The notes under the pieces were generated by a model that worked only from the letters and a program-made list of their open reading frames with translations, was not told the origin of the DNA and searched no databases. Of a stretch of DNA of 24,445 bases, positions 8,443-16,887 are shown piece after piece. The position numbers were made by a program, and so were the translations under genes. Source of the DNA: a virus (Duplodnaviria > Caudoviricetes); the IMG/VR virus record IMGVR_UViG_3300032294_001330, positions 1 to 24,445 of that record. One strand, written 5' to 3'. The first letter of the stretch is position 1. Each line of letters opens with the position of its first letter.

Positions 8443-11150
8443 GTTATGTGGATGCAGTACACTCCAAAGACGAAGACAAGATATATGTCGTAGAGCGTAC
8501 ACCTGAAGGTACCAGAGAATACCGAGAGTATCCCACCAATTATACCTTCTACTATAGTGATCCAAAAGGCAAGCACAGAAGCATCTATAACGATCCAATT
8601 AGTAAATTCAGTACGCGCAAACGTGCAGAATTTGAAAAAGAAAAACGTATTCATTCAAACAAAACACTGTTTGAAAGTGATATCAATATAGTGTTTCGTT
8701 GCCTTAGCGAGAATTATCTTAAAGTAGAATCTCCTAAACTACATACAGCGTTTTTTGACATTGAAGTAGATTTTGATACGGAACGGGGATTCAGCCCTAC
8801 TAGTGATCCGTTCAATAAAGTCACGGCAATATCATTGTATTTGGATTGGCTTGACCAACTAGTAACTCTAGTAATTCCACCATCACATATGACGGACGAA
8901 ACTGCAAGTGAAATATGCAGTAAGTTCGAAAACTGTTTAATGTTTCGTGATGAAATCGAAATGTTCGAGGTTTTCTTTCAAATCATCGAAGATGCAGATG
9001 TGTTGACTGGTTGGAACTCAGAGGGCTATGACATTCCATATATGGTAAACCGTGTTACCCGTGTAATGAGCAAAGATGATACTAGAAAGTTTTGTTTACT
9101 AGGTCAACTTCCTAAGCCAAGAACATATATCAGATATGGCAAAGAAGAAACTACTTATGATTTAGTTGGTCGTGTTCACTTAGACTATCTACAATTGTAT
9201 AAAAAATACAACTATGAGAGTAGGCATAGTTATAGTCTTGATGCTATCGGTGAGATGGAAGTAGACGAGAGAAAAACGCAATATGAAGGCACACTTGATC
9301 AATTGTATAACAAAGACTTTAGTAAGTTTATTGAATACAATAGGCAAGATACCATGCTTATGGTTAAGATACATAGAAAATTAAAATTTTTGGATCTTGC
9401 TAATGCTCTCGCACATGAAAATACTGTATTGTTACCAACAGTAATGGGTTCAGTTGCCATGATTGAAATGGCAATTATGAATGAGGCTCACGAACGTGGG
9501 TTGATAGTTCCTGATAAAAAACGAAAGGATAACACTGATGAACAAACCGCGGCAGGTGCCTATGTTGCTACGCCCAAAAGAGGCATTCACGAATACGTCG
9601 GGGCAGTTGACCTCACAAGTCTATACCCGTCAACTATCCGCAGTCTTAACATGGCCCCTGAAACCATTGTTGGACAGGTCAGACAAACACTCACGAATAG
9701 GTACATGCAAGACCGTGGAAAATTACTAGCCACACAAAAGAAACGATATAAAGAAGGTGACGATGATGTCACTGGAAGTATATTGTGGGAAGGGTTATTC
9801 GGTGCATTAGAATATACTGCTATCATGAATCAAGAACGTGGCACTATATTAACACTGGATTATGAAGACGGTCGCAGTGTAGAAATGAGTGCGGCCGAAA
9901 TCTGGAAACTGGTTTTTGATAGTCACAATCCATATATACTAAGTGCCAATGGTACTATCTTTAGATATGACCATGAAGGTGTTATTCCAGGTCTATTAAC
10001 TCGATGGTTCACGGAACGAAAAAGTATTCAAAAGCAGGCTAAAGAGTCATATGGCACCGACATGTTTGAATATTATGATAAACGCCAACTTGTTCGTAAG
10101 ATTTTACTTAACAGTGCATATGGCGCACTATTGAATGAGCATTGTCGCTTCTACGACAAGCGTATTGGTCAAAGTGTCACGTTAACAGGACGTCAGATTG
10201 TTAAGCATATGATGAGCACTATCAATCAAGTTGTTGCTGGTGAGTACAATCACGACGGAGATGCCATTGTATATGGTGATACAGATAGTTGCTATTTTAG
10301 TGCGTATACAATCTATAAAGAACAAATCAAAAATGGTGATATGGATTGGGATAAAGACATCTGCATTAAAGTATATGACGCTATTGCAGAAGAGACCAAC
10401 AGTAGTTTCCCTGCGTTCATGGAACGTGCATTTCATGTTCCACGTAAGAACGGTGAAATAATTAACGCAAATCGCGAATTGATAGGTGATCGTAGTATCT
10501 TTATCACTAAAAAGCGTTATGCTATCAATATCTTTGACAAAGAAGGAAAACGCAAAGATGTTGATGGTAAATACGGGGATATCAAAGCAATGGGTCTTGA
10601 TTTGAAACGTGCTGATACTCCAAAATACGTACAACAATTCTTGTTAGAAGTATTGCGTATGCTAATTCAACAAGGTAACAGCCGAGAAGAAATCATTGAC
10701 AGAATCAAAGAATTCAAGCAATATATACGATCTAGAGAGTCATGGGCTAAGGGCAGCCCTAAGGGAGTCAATAGACTCACATATTATGGTGACTTGGAAG
10801 CGAATAGTAAAAAGGGTAAAGAAAATATGCCTGGCCACGTTCGCGCAGCATTAAATTATAATTATCTACGAAGAGTATATAATGATAACTACAGCATGAA
10901 GATCGTAGATGGTATGAAGGTTGTAGTATGCAAACTAAAACCTAATGCATTGGGATTCACTAGCGTAGCATATCCAACTGACGAACTTAGATTGCCTACT
11001 TGGTTTACTGAATTGCCCTTCGATGACGAAGAAATGGAAAAAACACTAGTGGATGAAAAGATAGATAACTTACTGGGTGTCTTGAACTGGGACATACGTA
11101 GTAACACAGATGTTAAATCTACTTTTGATTCATTGTTTAGTTTCGGTTAA
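8439..11150 (+). CDS. Family B DNA polymerase (T4 gp43-like)
   Basis: Exo I FFDIEVD, Exo II GWNSEGYDIPY, Exo III YNRQD, Pol A DLTSLYPS, Pol B KILLNSAYG, Pol C YGDTDS, KKRY; C-terminal TFDSLFSFG clamp-binding-like peptide. Confidence 0.97.
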   Translation: MSYVDAVHSKDEDKIYVVERTPEGTREYREYPTNYTFYYSDPKGKHRSIYNDPISKFSTRKRAEFEKEKRIHSNKTLFESDINIVFRCLSENYLKVESPKLHTAFFDIEVDFDTERGFSPTSDPFNKVTAISLYLDWLDQLVTLVIPPSHMTDETASEICSKFENCLMFRDEIEMFEVFFQIIEDADVLTGWNSEGYDIPYMVNRVTRVMSKDDTRKFCLLGQLPKPRTYIRYGKEETTYDLVGRVHLDYLQLYKKYNYESRHSYSLDAIGEMEVDERKTQYEGTLDQLYNKDFSKFIEYNRQDTMLMVKIHRKLKFLDLANALAHENTVLLPTVMGSVAMIEMAIMNEAHERGLIVPDKKRKDNTDEQTAAGAYVATPKRGIHEYVGAVDLTSLYPSTIRSLNMAPETIVGQVRQTLTNRYMQDRGKLLATQKKRYKEGDDDVTGSILWEGLFGALEYTAIMNQERGTILTLDYEDGRSVEMSAAEIWKLVFDSHNPYILSANGTIFRYDHEGVIPGLLTRWFTERKSIQKQAKESYGTDMFEYYDKRQLVRKILLNSAYGALLNEHCRFYDKRIGQSVTLTGRQIVKHMMSTINQVVAGEYNHDGDAIVYGDTDSCYFSAYTIYKEQIKNGDMDWDKDICIKVYDAIAEETNSSFPAFMERAFHVPRKNGEIINANRELIGDRSIFITKKRYAINIFDKEGKRKDVDGKYGDIKAMGLDLKRADTPKYVQQFLLEVLRMLIQQGNSREEIIDRIKEFKQYIRSRESWAKGSPKGVNRLTYYGDLEANSKKGKENMPGHVRAALNYNYLRRVYNDNYSMKIVDGMKVVVCKLKPNALGFTSVAYPTDELRLPTWFTELPFDDEEMEKTLVDEKIDNLLGVLNWDIRSNTDVKSTFDSLFSFG

Positions 11151-11157
11151 ACTAAGG

Positions 11158-11208
11158 TTGCATTTTGCAATCAAATCCACTATATTACATAACATAACTG
11201 CCTAAATA
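11158..11208 (+). promoter_or_regulatory. Tandem sigma70-type and late-type promoters upstream of the clamp gene
   Basis: TTGCAT(11158-63)-17 nt-TATATT(11181-86); CTAAATA at 11202-11208; SD aagga before ATG 11224. Confidence 0.55.
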
Positions 11209-11223
11209 ACTTAAAGGAAAAAC

Positions 11224-11946
11224 ATGAAAGACTATTTACAAGATTTAATTCAACATACGTACAGCCTGGGCTGTATCGAACTCATCAAGATCGTTGGTTC
11301 TGACAAGGAAACGCAAATTGCAGCCATAGCAGAAAACAAAAGCGTATTGATTAGCGGCACATTCAACAACCCAATCATTGATTTTGAAGGTACTTTTGGT
11401 ATGCCTAACTTAGGTAAACTAAAGACTATTCTTGGGTTCGATGACTATAACGAAGAGTCATTAGTTAGTGTTATTAGAAATCAAGACAAGGTACCAACAA
11501 CGATTCACTTTGAAACAAAGAATAAGGACTTTGTCAATGATTATCGATTAATGAGCAAAGCAATCATTGATGAAAAAGTCAAGGACGTTAAGTTCAAGGG
11601 TGCTACGTGGAACGTTGAGTTTGAGCCAACTATTAGTGGTATCATGAGGCTTAAAAAGCAAGCAAGTGCAAATAGCGAAGAAGAACACTTTACAACCAAG
11701 ACAGAAAAGAACGATCTTAAGATTCATTTCGGCGATCCTTCTACCCACAGTGGTAACTTTGTATTTCAGTCAGATGTTACTGGTACGTTGACTAAGGGTT
11801 GGATGTGGCCCGTCAAAGTTTTCTTGTCTATCATGGATCTACCTGGCGACAAAACAGTAAAGATCAGCGATCAAGGTGTTGCCGAAATTACTGTTGACAG
11901 TGGACTTGCTAAGTATCGTTATATGCTTCCTGCACAATCTAAGTAA
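11224..11946 (+). CDS. Probable DNA polymerase sliding clamp (gp45/PCNA-like)
   Basis: 240 aa, directly after the polymerase; alternating beta/alpha pattern ending TVKISDQGVAEITVDSGLAKYRYMLP, like clamp C-termini. No diagnostic catalytic motif. Confidence 0.6.
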   Translation: MKDYLQDLIQHTYSLGCIELIKIVGSDKETQIAAIAENKSVLISGTFNNPIIDFEGTFGMPNLGKLKTILGFDDYNEESLVSVIRNQDKVPTTIHFETKNKDFVNDYRLMSKAIIDEKVKDVKFKGATWNVEFEPTISGIMRLKKQASANSEEEHFTTKTEKNDLKIHFGDPSTHSGNFVFQSDVTGTLTKGWMWPVKVFLSIMDLPGDKTVKISDQGVAEITVDSGLAKYRYMLPAQSK

Positions 11947-11974
11947 AATGGTTAAGATAAAAATGGTTAAGATA
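11945..11974 (+). repeat. Perfect 15-bp tandem duplication spanning a start codon
   Basis: aaaatggttaagata x2, giving ATGs at 11948 and 11963 (MVKIK-MVKIN). Confidence 0.9.
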
Positions 11975-12304
11975 AATCTTAATGGGTACCCTATAGTTTA
12001 TCAGTATGATAATACTTATATGATGCCAGGCATTACAGGCGCCGTTCAATGGAACGGTGGTACTAGAAGGTTCGAAGTCAGTACTGGATCTAGTTGGGTA
12101 CCTATTGACAATAATGTTACGTTGAATTGCGATGAGAATCTGACGCAGATCATTAAATGGGCAGAAAAAAAGATGAGAGAAGAAAAAGAGTTAGAAATCT
12201 TATCTAAATCTTATCCTGCAATTCAAGACTTGATGAATCAGATAAAAGAAAAACAAAACCAACTTAACATGGTAAAAACATTGGTATCCGATGGATCAAA
12301 TTAA
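11948..12304 (+). CDS. Hypothetical protein (beta-rich N-terminus, coiled-coil C-terminus)
   Basis: The ORF track start 11876 overlaps the clamp gene; ATG 11948 (or 11963) directly after the clamp stop is more plausible. Confidence 0.7.
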   Translation: MVKIKMVKINLNGYPIVYQYDNTYMMPGITGAVQWNGGTRRFEVSTGSSWVPIDNNVTLNCDENLTQIIKWAEKKMREEKELEILSKSYPAIQDLMNQIKEKQNQLNMVKTLVSDGSN

Positions 12305-13847
12305 TCTTTCAAATTCTCATAAAAATGACTGGGCATTGTTTTTACCAGCCGTCAGTAGTTTTTACATTAGTGGATTGGGTCGTCAAATCGAAGGCGAAAA
12401 ATATTTCCCTGACGAGCGCATACCAATTGGATTCAACAATGACATTGAGTGTTTAAACTTTCTCAATAGCAAGAAAGGTCTCTATACATATAAATGGGGA
12501 CTGTATAGTGCTGGGCATGCTAACCTAGACACATCTATAGATGTACCTAGCGAAAGTATTATTCGCAAACGAGAAAGTGGTACTTTCATGCTAGGTGACA
12601 GTGGCGGATTTCAGATACTAAAATGTCAATGGCCAGCAGATTGGAAGGATCCTAACTGCCCACGCGCAATGAAAAAGCGTAAAGAGGTATTGAACTGGAT
12701 GGACACATATATGGATTATGGTATGTGTCTCGACATTCCTTCTCAGTCATTGACTACATATCACATCAAAGATCCAAAAACAGGCAAGTCCGCACATGGC
12801 ATCAGTACGATTGAAGAAGCAATGGCAGCAACGCATATTAACAACGAGTATTTCATCAATAATCGAAATGGTAAGTGCAAATTTCTGAATGTATTGCAAG
12901 GTCGCAATCATGACCAAAGCAATGAATGGTATGCAGAAATGAAAAAGTACTCTGACCCAAAAATATATCCTGACAATCACTTTAATGGCTGGGCATTTGG
13001 TGGCCAAAATAAAATCGATGTACAATTGATGTTATACAGATTTGTTGATTTAATACATGATGGATTATTAGAGCAGGGTGTGCATGATCTAGTACACTGT
13101 CTGGGTGTTAGTATATTGGAGTATGCAGTATTGTTTACGGATATACAAAAAGCAATACGCAAATATCACAACCCAAATCTATTAATTACATTTGATTGCG
13201 CAAGCCCATTTTATAGTGCTGCTAATGGTTTGGCTTACTTTAATACATCTATTGAGCATGATAGAAAATGGTCTTATCAAATGAAAAAGACTGCAAAAAG
13301 TAAAGCATATAGTACTGACACTAGACCTTATAAGGTAGGGGTCGTTGAGGACAATATACACAAAGTATTCAACAGCAGTCCGGTAACAGATAAGATGCTA
13401 ATGAAGGACCTATGCTATCGTGGTGAAGGTTTTATTGGACAACACGGCAAAGAATCTAAAACTAGTTGGGATACACTAAGTTATACATTGTTGCAGTCTC
13501 ATAATGTTTACCAACATATTCATGCTGTACAAACTGCTAATACAAAATACGAACAGGGCATAATGCCAAAAATGATTCGTAATAAGTTCGATGATAATCA
13601 TTTTGGGGATATCATCGATCAAGTCTTTAGCCTTAAAGACAGACAAAAAAGCAAAGAATTGATAAAATCACACAGCAGGTTGTGGACACAAATGCAAAGC
13701 GGTAGTCAAGGTCTTAGTGGCAAACGAGTAATTAATGCCATGACTATGTTTGATCAATTATTTGAAGAGGTTCGTGCAGAATCTATTGATGAAGAAATTA
13801 TAGATAGTGACGATGAAATGGCAAAGGTATTAGATGATTCCCAATAA
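12291..13847 (+). CDS. dpdA: DpdA/TGT-family guanine transglycosylase (7-deazaguanine insertion into DNA)
   Basis: TGT-fold motifs LGDSGGFQ, CLDIP, NVLQG, GWAFGG, VHCLG, TFDCASP; clustered with folE/queD/queE next to the replication genes; no CxCxxC Zn site of bacterial tRNA TGT. Confidence 0.8.
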   Translation: MDQINLSNSHKNDWALFLPAVSSFYISGLGRQIEGEKYFPDERIPIGFNNDIECLNFLNSKKGLYTYKWGLYSAGHANLDTSIDVPSESIIRKRESGTFMLGDSGGFQILKCQWPADWKDPNCPRAMKKRKEVLNWMDTYMDYGMCLDIPSQSLTTYHIKDPKTGKSAHGISTIEEAMAATHINNEYFINNRNGKCKFLNVLQGRNHDQSNEWYAEMKKYSDPKIYPDNHFNGWAFGGQNKIDVQLMLYRFVDLIHDGLLEQGVHDLVHCLGVSILEYAVLFTDIQKAIRKYHNPNLLITFDCASPFYSAANGLAYFNTSIEHDRKWSYQMKKTAKSKAYSTDTRPYKVGVVEDNIHKVFNSSPVTDKMLMKDLCYRGEGFIGQHGKESKTSWDTLSYTLLQSHNVYQHIHAVQTANTKYEQGIMPKMIRNKFDDNHFGDIIDQVFSLKDRQKSKELIKSHSRLWTQMQSGSQGLSGKRVINAMTMFDQLFEEVRAESIDEEIIDSDDEMAKVLDDSQ

Positions 13848-14385
13848 ACCTAAACCTGACATTGAGTGGGACATTAGCAAAAAAATATACACAAAGAATA
13901 ACGTTTTGTCTGCTGAAAGTTGTGACAGGATCATTGATTATGGGGTACATAATGTCAAGAAAGGTGAGAACAAATATTCTCATGTGTTTGAAACAAGTTT
14001 CCATGCAACATTGTTGCCACTAAATCATTTTGCTCACGAAGAACTATCTAATGTATGGGATGAAATTATCAACCATTTCAATATTGATATCGATTTTGTA
14101 GAACCATATGAACTTAAAAGGTACACGGACAACGATTTTTTTGGTTCTCATATCGATAATTATTATGGGTTGAAGTCTGATATTGATAGAAAAATTACCA
14201 TGGTAGTTCAATTATCTGATGAATCATGTTATAATGGCGGGCATCTTAAAATTGTGAACAAACTTGCATCAAGAAATAGGGGAAGCGTAGTTGCTTTTCC
14301 TAGTTTTTTCAGACATGAGGTGTTGAAAACAATTGGCACTAGATGGTCATTGATAGGTTGGGCATGGGGCCCTTATTGGAAATAG
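13834..14385 (+). CDS. 2OG-Fe(II) oxygenase (prolyl-4-hydroxylase-like)
   Basis: HID (HxD), RKITMVVQL, YNGG, FPSFFRHEV distal His, RWS. Confidence 0.88.
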   Translation: MIPNKPKPDIEWDISKKIYTKNNVLSAESCDRIIDYGVHNVKKGENKYSHVFETSFHATLLPLNHFAHEELSNVWDEIINHFNIDIDFVEPYELKRYTDNDFFGSHIDNYYGLKSDIDRKITMVVQLSDESCYNGGHLKIVNKLASRNRGSVVAFPSFFRHEVLKTIGTRWSLIGWAWGPYWK

Positions 14386-14393
14386 GATATTTT

Positions 14394-14561
14394 ATGTCAT
14401 ACGATAATCAAATTAGAATTCTAGAAAATCAACTTAGGCAACTTGAAAGTGTTGAACCAAAAAACATGGAACAAATTTCTAAAATATTAAATGAATTGCG
14501 AACACTACGAAAGGCTCAATACGAAGAGAGTCAACTTATTAGTTTTGATGATGACCGTTAA
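14394..14561 (+). CDS. Small hypothetical coiled-coil protein (55 aa)
   Basis: ATG 14394 with agga SD is preferred over the track start 14343. Confidence 0.6.
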   Translation: MSYDNQIRILENQLRQLESVEPKNMEQISKILNELRTLRKAQYEESQLISFDDDR

Positions 14562-14572
14562 AAGGAAATATA

Positions 14573-15022
14573 ATGAATCAACGTGAACTGGCTGTTAAAG
14601 AACATAGAGACAATATTCGTAACAAGGCAAAAAGAATGATCTGGGTCACGTTTCAGCGTGAGGGCATTCATTGCTATCCTGCTGCAAACGATGATATAAA
14701 TCTTAAAACTAACGACGAATACGATGTTAGTTTTTTAGGAACTCCACATCGTCACATTTTTCATTTTAATGTGGCGATTGAAGTATTTCACAATGATAGG
14801 GATATTGAGTTCATTCAATTCAAGCGTTGGCTTGAAAATCTATACCGTAATGGAATGGAATTGAACTACAAGAGTTGTGAAATGATTAGTGATGACCTTT
14901 ATGAGGTTATTTCTACTCGTTATCCCAAGCGTGATATCGAAATCACTGTCAGCGAAGACGGTGAAAACGGTGCCACAATTTCTTATAAAACACACCAACC
15001 TATTCAACAAATAGCCATTTAA
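14573..15022 (+). CDS. dpdL: QueD-like T-fold protein, probable DpdL-type (CDG decarboxylase)
   Basis: LGTPHRHIF (LxxxHRHxF, the signature I recall for DpdL) in place of the QueD CxxxHGH/Y; IEFIQFK, SCEMI, VSEDGENGA T-fold motifs. Confidence 0.65.
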   Translation: MNQRELAVKEHRDNIRNKAKRMIWVTFQREGIHCYPAANDDINLKTNDEYDVSFLGTPHRHIFHFNVAIEVFHNDRDIEFIQFKRWLENLYRNGMELNYKSCEMISDDLYEVISTRYPKRDIEITVSEDGENGATISYKTHQPIQQIAI

Positions 15023-15032
15023 GGAGAAAACT

Positions 15033-15248
15033 ATGGCAAAGCAAACTTTTCAACCTAATCCTCGTGTACGTCAAATTTTCGACGACCTAGAAAAATATCT
15101 AGAGTTTACTATAGAATTCGGTTATAAGTATAACGAAGCAGACTTGTATGATAATAAAAGTTATGTCTTTAGGCAGTACAATAAATATGTTACAGGCAAG
15201 CCTGTAAAAAATATGTGGGAACTTAATGGTAAAGCAGAAGTATTCTAA
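15033..15248 (+). CDS. Hypothetical protein
   Basis: 71 aa ORF with strong AAGGAG SD. Confidence 0.75.
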   Translation: MAKQTFQPNPRVRQIFDDLEKYLEFTIEFGYKYNEADLYDNKSYVFRQYNKYVTGKPVKNMWELNGKAEVF

Positions 15249-15260
15249 AAAATAAGTCGT

Positions 15261-15285
15261 GAAAAAGGTTGAATAAACCTTTTTC
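15261..15285. terminator. Perfect 10-bp inverted repeat (hairpin; terminator or operator)
   Basis: gaaaaaggtt-gaata-aacctttttc in an intergenic gap; the stem is AT-rich, so terminator function is uncertain. Confidence 0.4.
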
Positions 15286-15303
15286 GCCATATACGGAAAT
15301 AAA

Positions 15304-15564
15304 ATGATCAACACATTCACACTAGAACCAAACACAATTACAAACATGGTAAAACATGATGGTAACAAGATTAAATTCTATGTAGTAGAAGGTGCATGTA
15401 TTTTTGAAACAACATTTAATAACGAAACCGTTATTGTAAAAAAATTCAAATCTGAAAACTATATTATTCAAGAAAAGGTTGAATACAGGTTACAAAACAC
15501 TTGCAATACGCCATGTGTTTTAGTTATAATAACAGGATCAGAAGAGGAATTGAGTACTAAATGA
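15304..15564 (+). CDS. Small cupin-like protein (degenerate metal site)
   Basis: FYVVEGACIF...YIIQEKVEYRLQNTCNTPCVLVII resembles cupin motifs 1 and 2 without the conserved His residues. Confidence 0.5.
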   Translation: MINTFTLEPNTITNMVKHDGNKIKFYVVEGACIFETTFNNETVIVKKFKSENYIIQEKVEYRLQNTCNTPCVLVIITGSEEELSTK

Positions 15565-15605
15565 GAAAATTATATTACATGGGTTTGGAGCCGTATAAAA
15601 TATGA
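15561..15605 (+). pseudogene. 14-codon relic of the 5' end of the downstream glycosyltransferase gene
   Basis: Translates MRKLYYMGLEPYKI* versus MRRLWYCGLEPYKA of 15628; ATGA-coupled to the upstream gene. Confidence 0.8.
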
Positions 15606-15627
15606 AATTATATGAAGGAAATAAATT

Positions 15628-16806
15628 ATGAGGCGTTTATGGTATTGTGGACTTGAGCCGTATAAGGCCCGTTATACATTACAATTACAAGAATGGAATG
15701 AAGAAGTCTTTAAACGTCGAAGAATTAATTATGTAATTGTACCCGGCGAAACATTGAATAATGATAAGGCTATTGTAACTGGTCAAGTGCTTGATGCACA
15801 TGGTCGTAGTTATTTTGGTATGAGCCAAATTATGAATCTAGTTAAGATGATGAAGTCCGGAGAAGTTACTAATGAAGATGTTATCTATTTTGAAGATATG
15901 TTTCAGCCCGGTATAGAAAGTTTACCTTACATATTGGATCAAGTCGATGATGCTCATCGTCCCAGTATATATGTTCGTTGTCTTGCTCAGTCCATTGATC
16001 CTGATGATTTCGTGCATGTATGGGGTATGGCGAAATGGATGGGACACTACGAAAAAATGGTTAATGAGTTCGTGGATGGAGTTCTCGCCACAAACGAAGA
16101 AATGGTTGCTCATATGCGTGTTGCTGGATGGGATGCTAATATATACAATATTAGTGGTTTAGCATTCGGTAAAGACGAAGTTATTTCTCGCGTACAAGGA
16201 AAAATAAAACCCTTTACCAACCGTAGAATGCGTGTGGTATTTTCTGCACGTTGGGATCAAGAAAAGCAACCAGACTTCTATATGGACTTGATAGAAGAAT
16301 ACAAACGTAGGTATCCCAAGTCTAACACTGAATTTGTAGTGTGTAGTGGTGGAAAACTAAAGTCTAATAACTCTAGTTACATGAAGCGTACTCAAAAACT
16401 AGTTGATAACAACCTATTAACTATCTACGAAGACCTTGACAAGAATGCATATTATGATATTGTCAATGATAGTCGCGTGGTGTTTAACTGTGCATTGCAA
16501 GATTGGGTTAGTAACACTGTTAGCGAAGCAGATGCTCTTGGATGTAATGTACTATATCCAGCATATCGTAGTTTCCCTGAATCGTTTGCGAATGATCATG
16601 AACGCATGTATGTTCCATGGTCATTAGAAGATGCACTAAACAAATTAGAAAATCTATTGCGCAAGCCACATGTTAACATGGGCAAAATTAGTAACTATAA
16701 CGACAAGACTATAGATAGAATTTGTGATATCTTAGAAGGTAATGGGGAAGAATATTTGCGCATGAGTGTTGATTACAGAAAGCATACCCGCGAGTCAAAA
16801 TACTGA
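15628..16806 (+). CDS. GT-B fold glycosyltransferase (GT4-like)
   Basis: VVFSARWDQEKQP and QDWVSNTVSEADALGCNVLYP (D/E-x7-E-like donor-binding motif). Confidence 0.82.
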   Translation: MRRLWYCGLEPYKARYTLQLQEWNEEVFKRRRINYVIVPGETLNNDKAIVTGQVLDAHGRSYFGMSQIMNLVKMMKSGEVTNEDVIYFEDMFQPGIESLPYILDQVDDAHRPSIYVRCLAQSIDPDDFVHVWGMAKWMGHYEKMVNEFVDGVLATNEEMVAHMRVAGWDANIYNISGLAFGKDEVISRVQGKIKPFTNRRMRVVFSARWDQEKQPDFYMDLIEEYKRRYPKSNTEFVVCSGGKLKSNNSSYMKRTQKLVDNNLLTIYEDLDKNAYYDIVNDSRVVFNCALQDWVSNTVSEADALGCNVLYPAYRSFPESFANDHERMYVPWSLEDALNKLENLLRKPHVNMGKISNYNDKTIDRICDILEGNGEEYLRMSVDYRKHTRESKY

Positions 16807-16821
16807 TGTGTTTATAGAGTG

Positions 16822-16887
16822 ATAAATACTACGTCACACAACGGTGACAACATTTCAAATTTAATATCCGTGTAAGGAAGGATTCAT
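16822..16887 (+). promoter_or_regulatory. Late-type promoter (ATAAATA) and structured 5' leader of folE
   Basis: TAAATA 16823-28; hairpin gtcac-acaacg-gtgac 16833-48; atcc/ggat pairing (16866-69/16880-83) encloses the SD. Confidence 0.45.

Noticed and set aside
8439-11150. Intein or intron in the DNA polymerase
   Set aside because: Continuous 903-aa ORF of normal gp43 size; the insert between motifs A and B lacks intein C/S...HN ends and LAGLIDADG motifs.
11872-11886. Second QGVAE peptide in the clamp gene
   Set aside because: Different codons (caaggtgttgccgaa) and it lies in a predicted beta-strand region; likely coincidence.
12291-13847. tRNA-guanine transglycosylase for queuosine tRNA modification
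   Set aside because: No bacterial TGT Zn motif, no QueC/QueF/QueA in the window, and position next to the polymerase favours a DNA-acting DpdA; not formally excluded.
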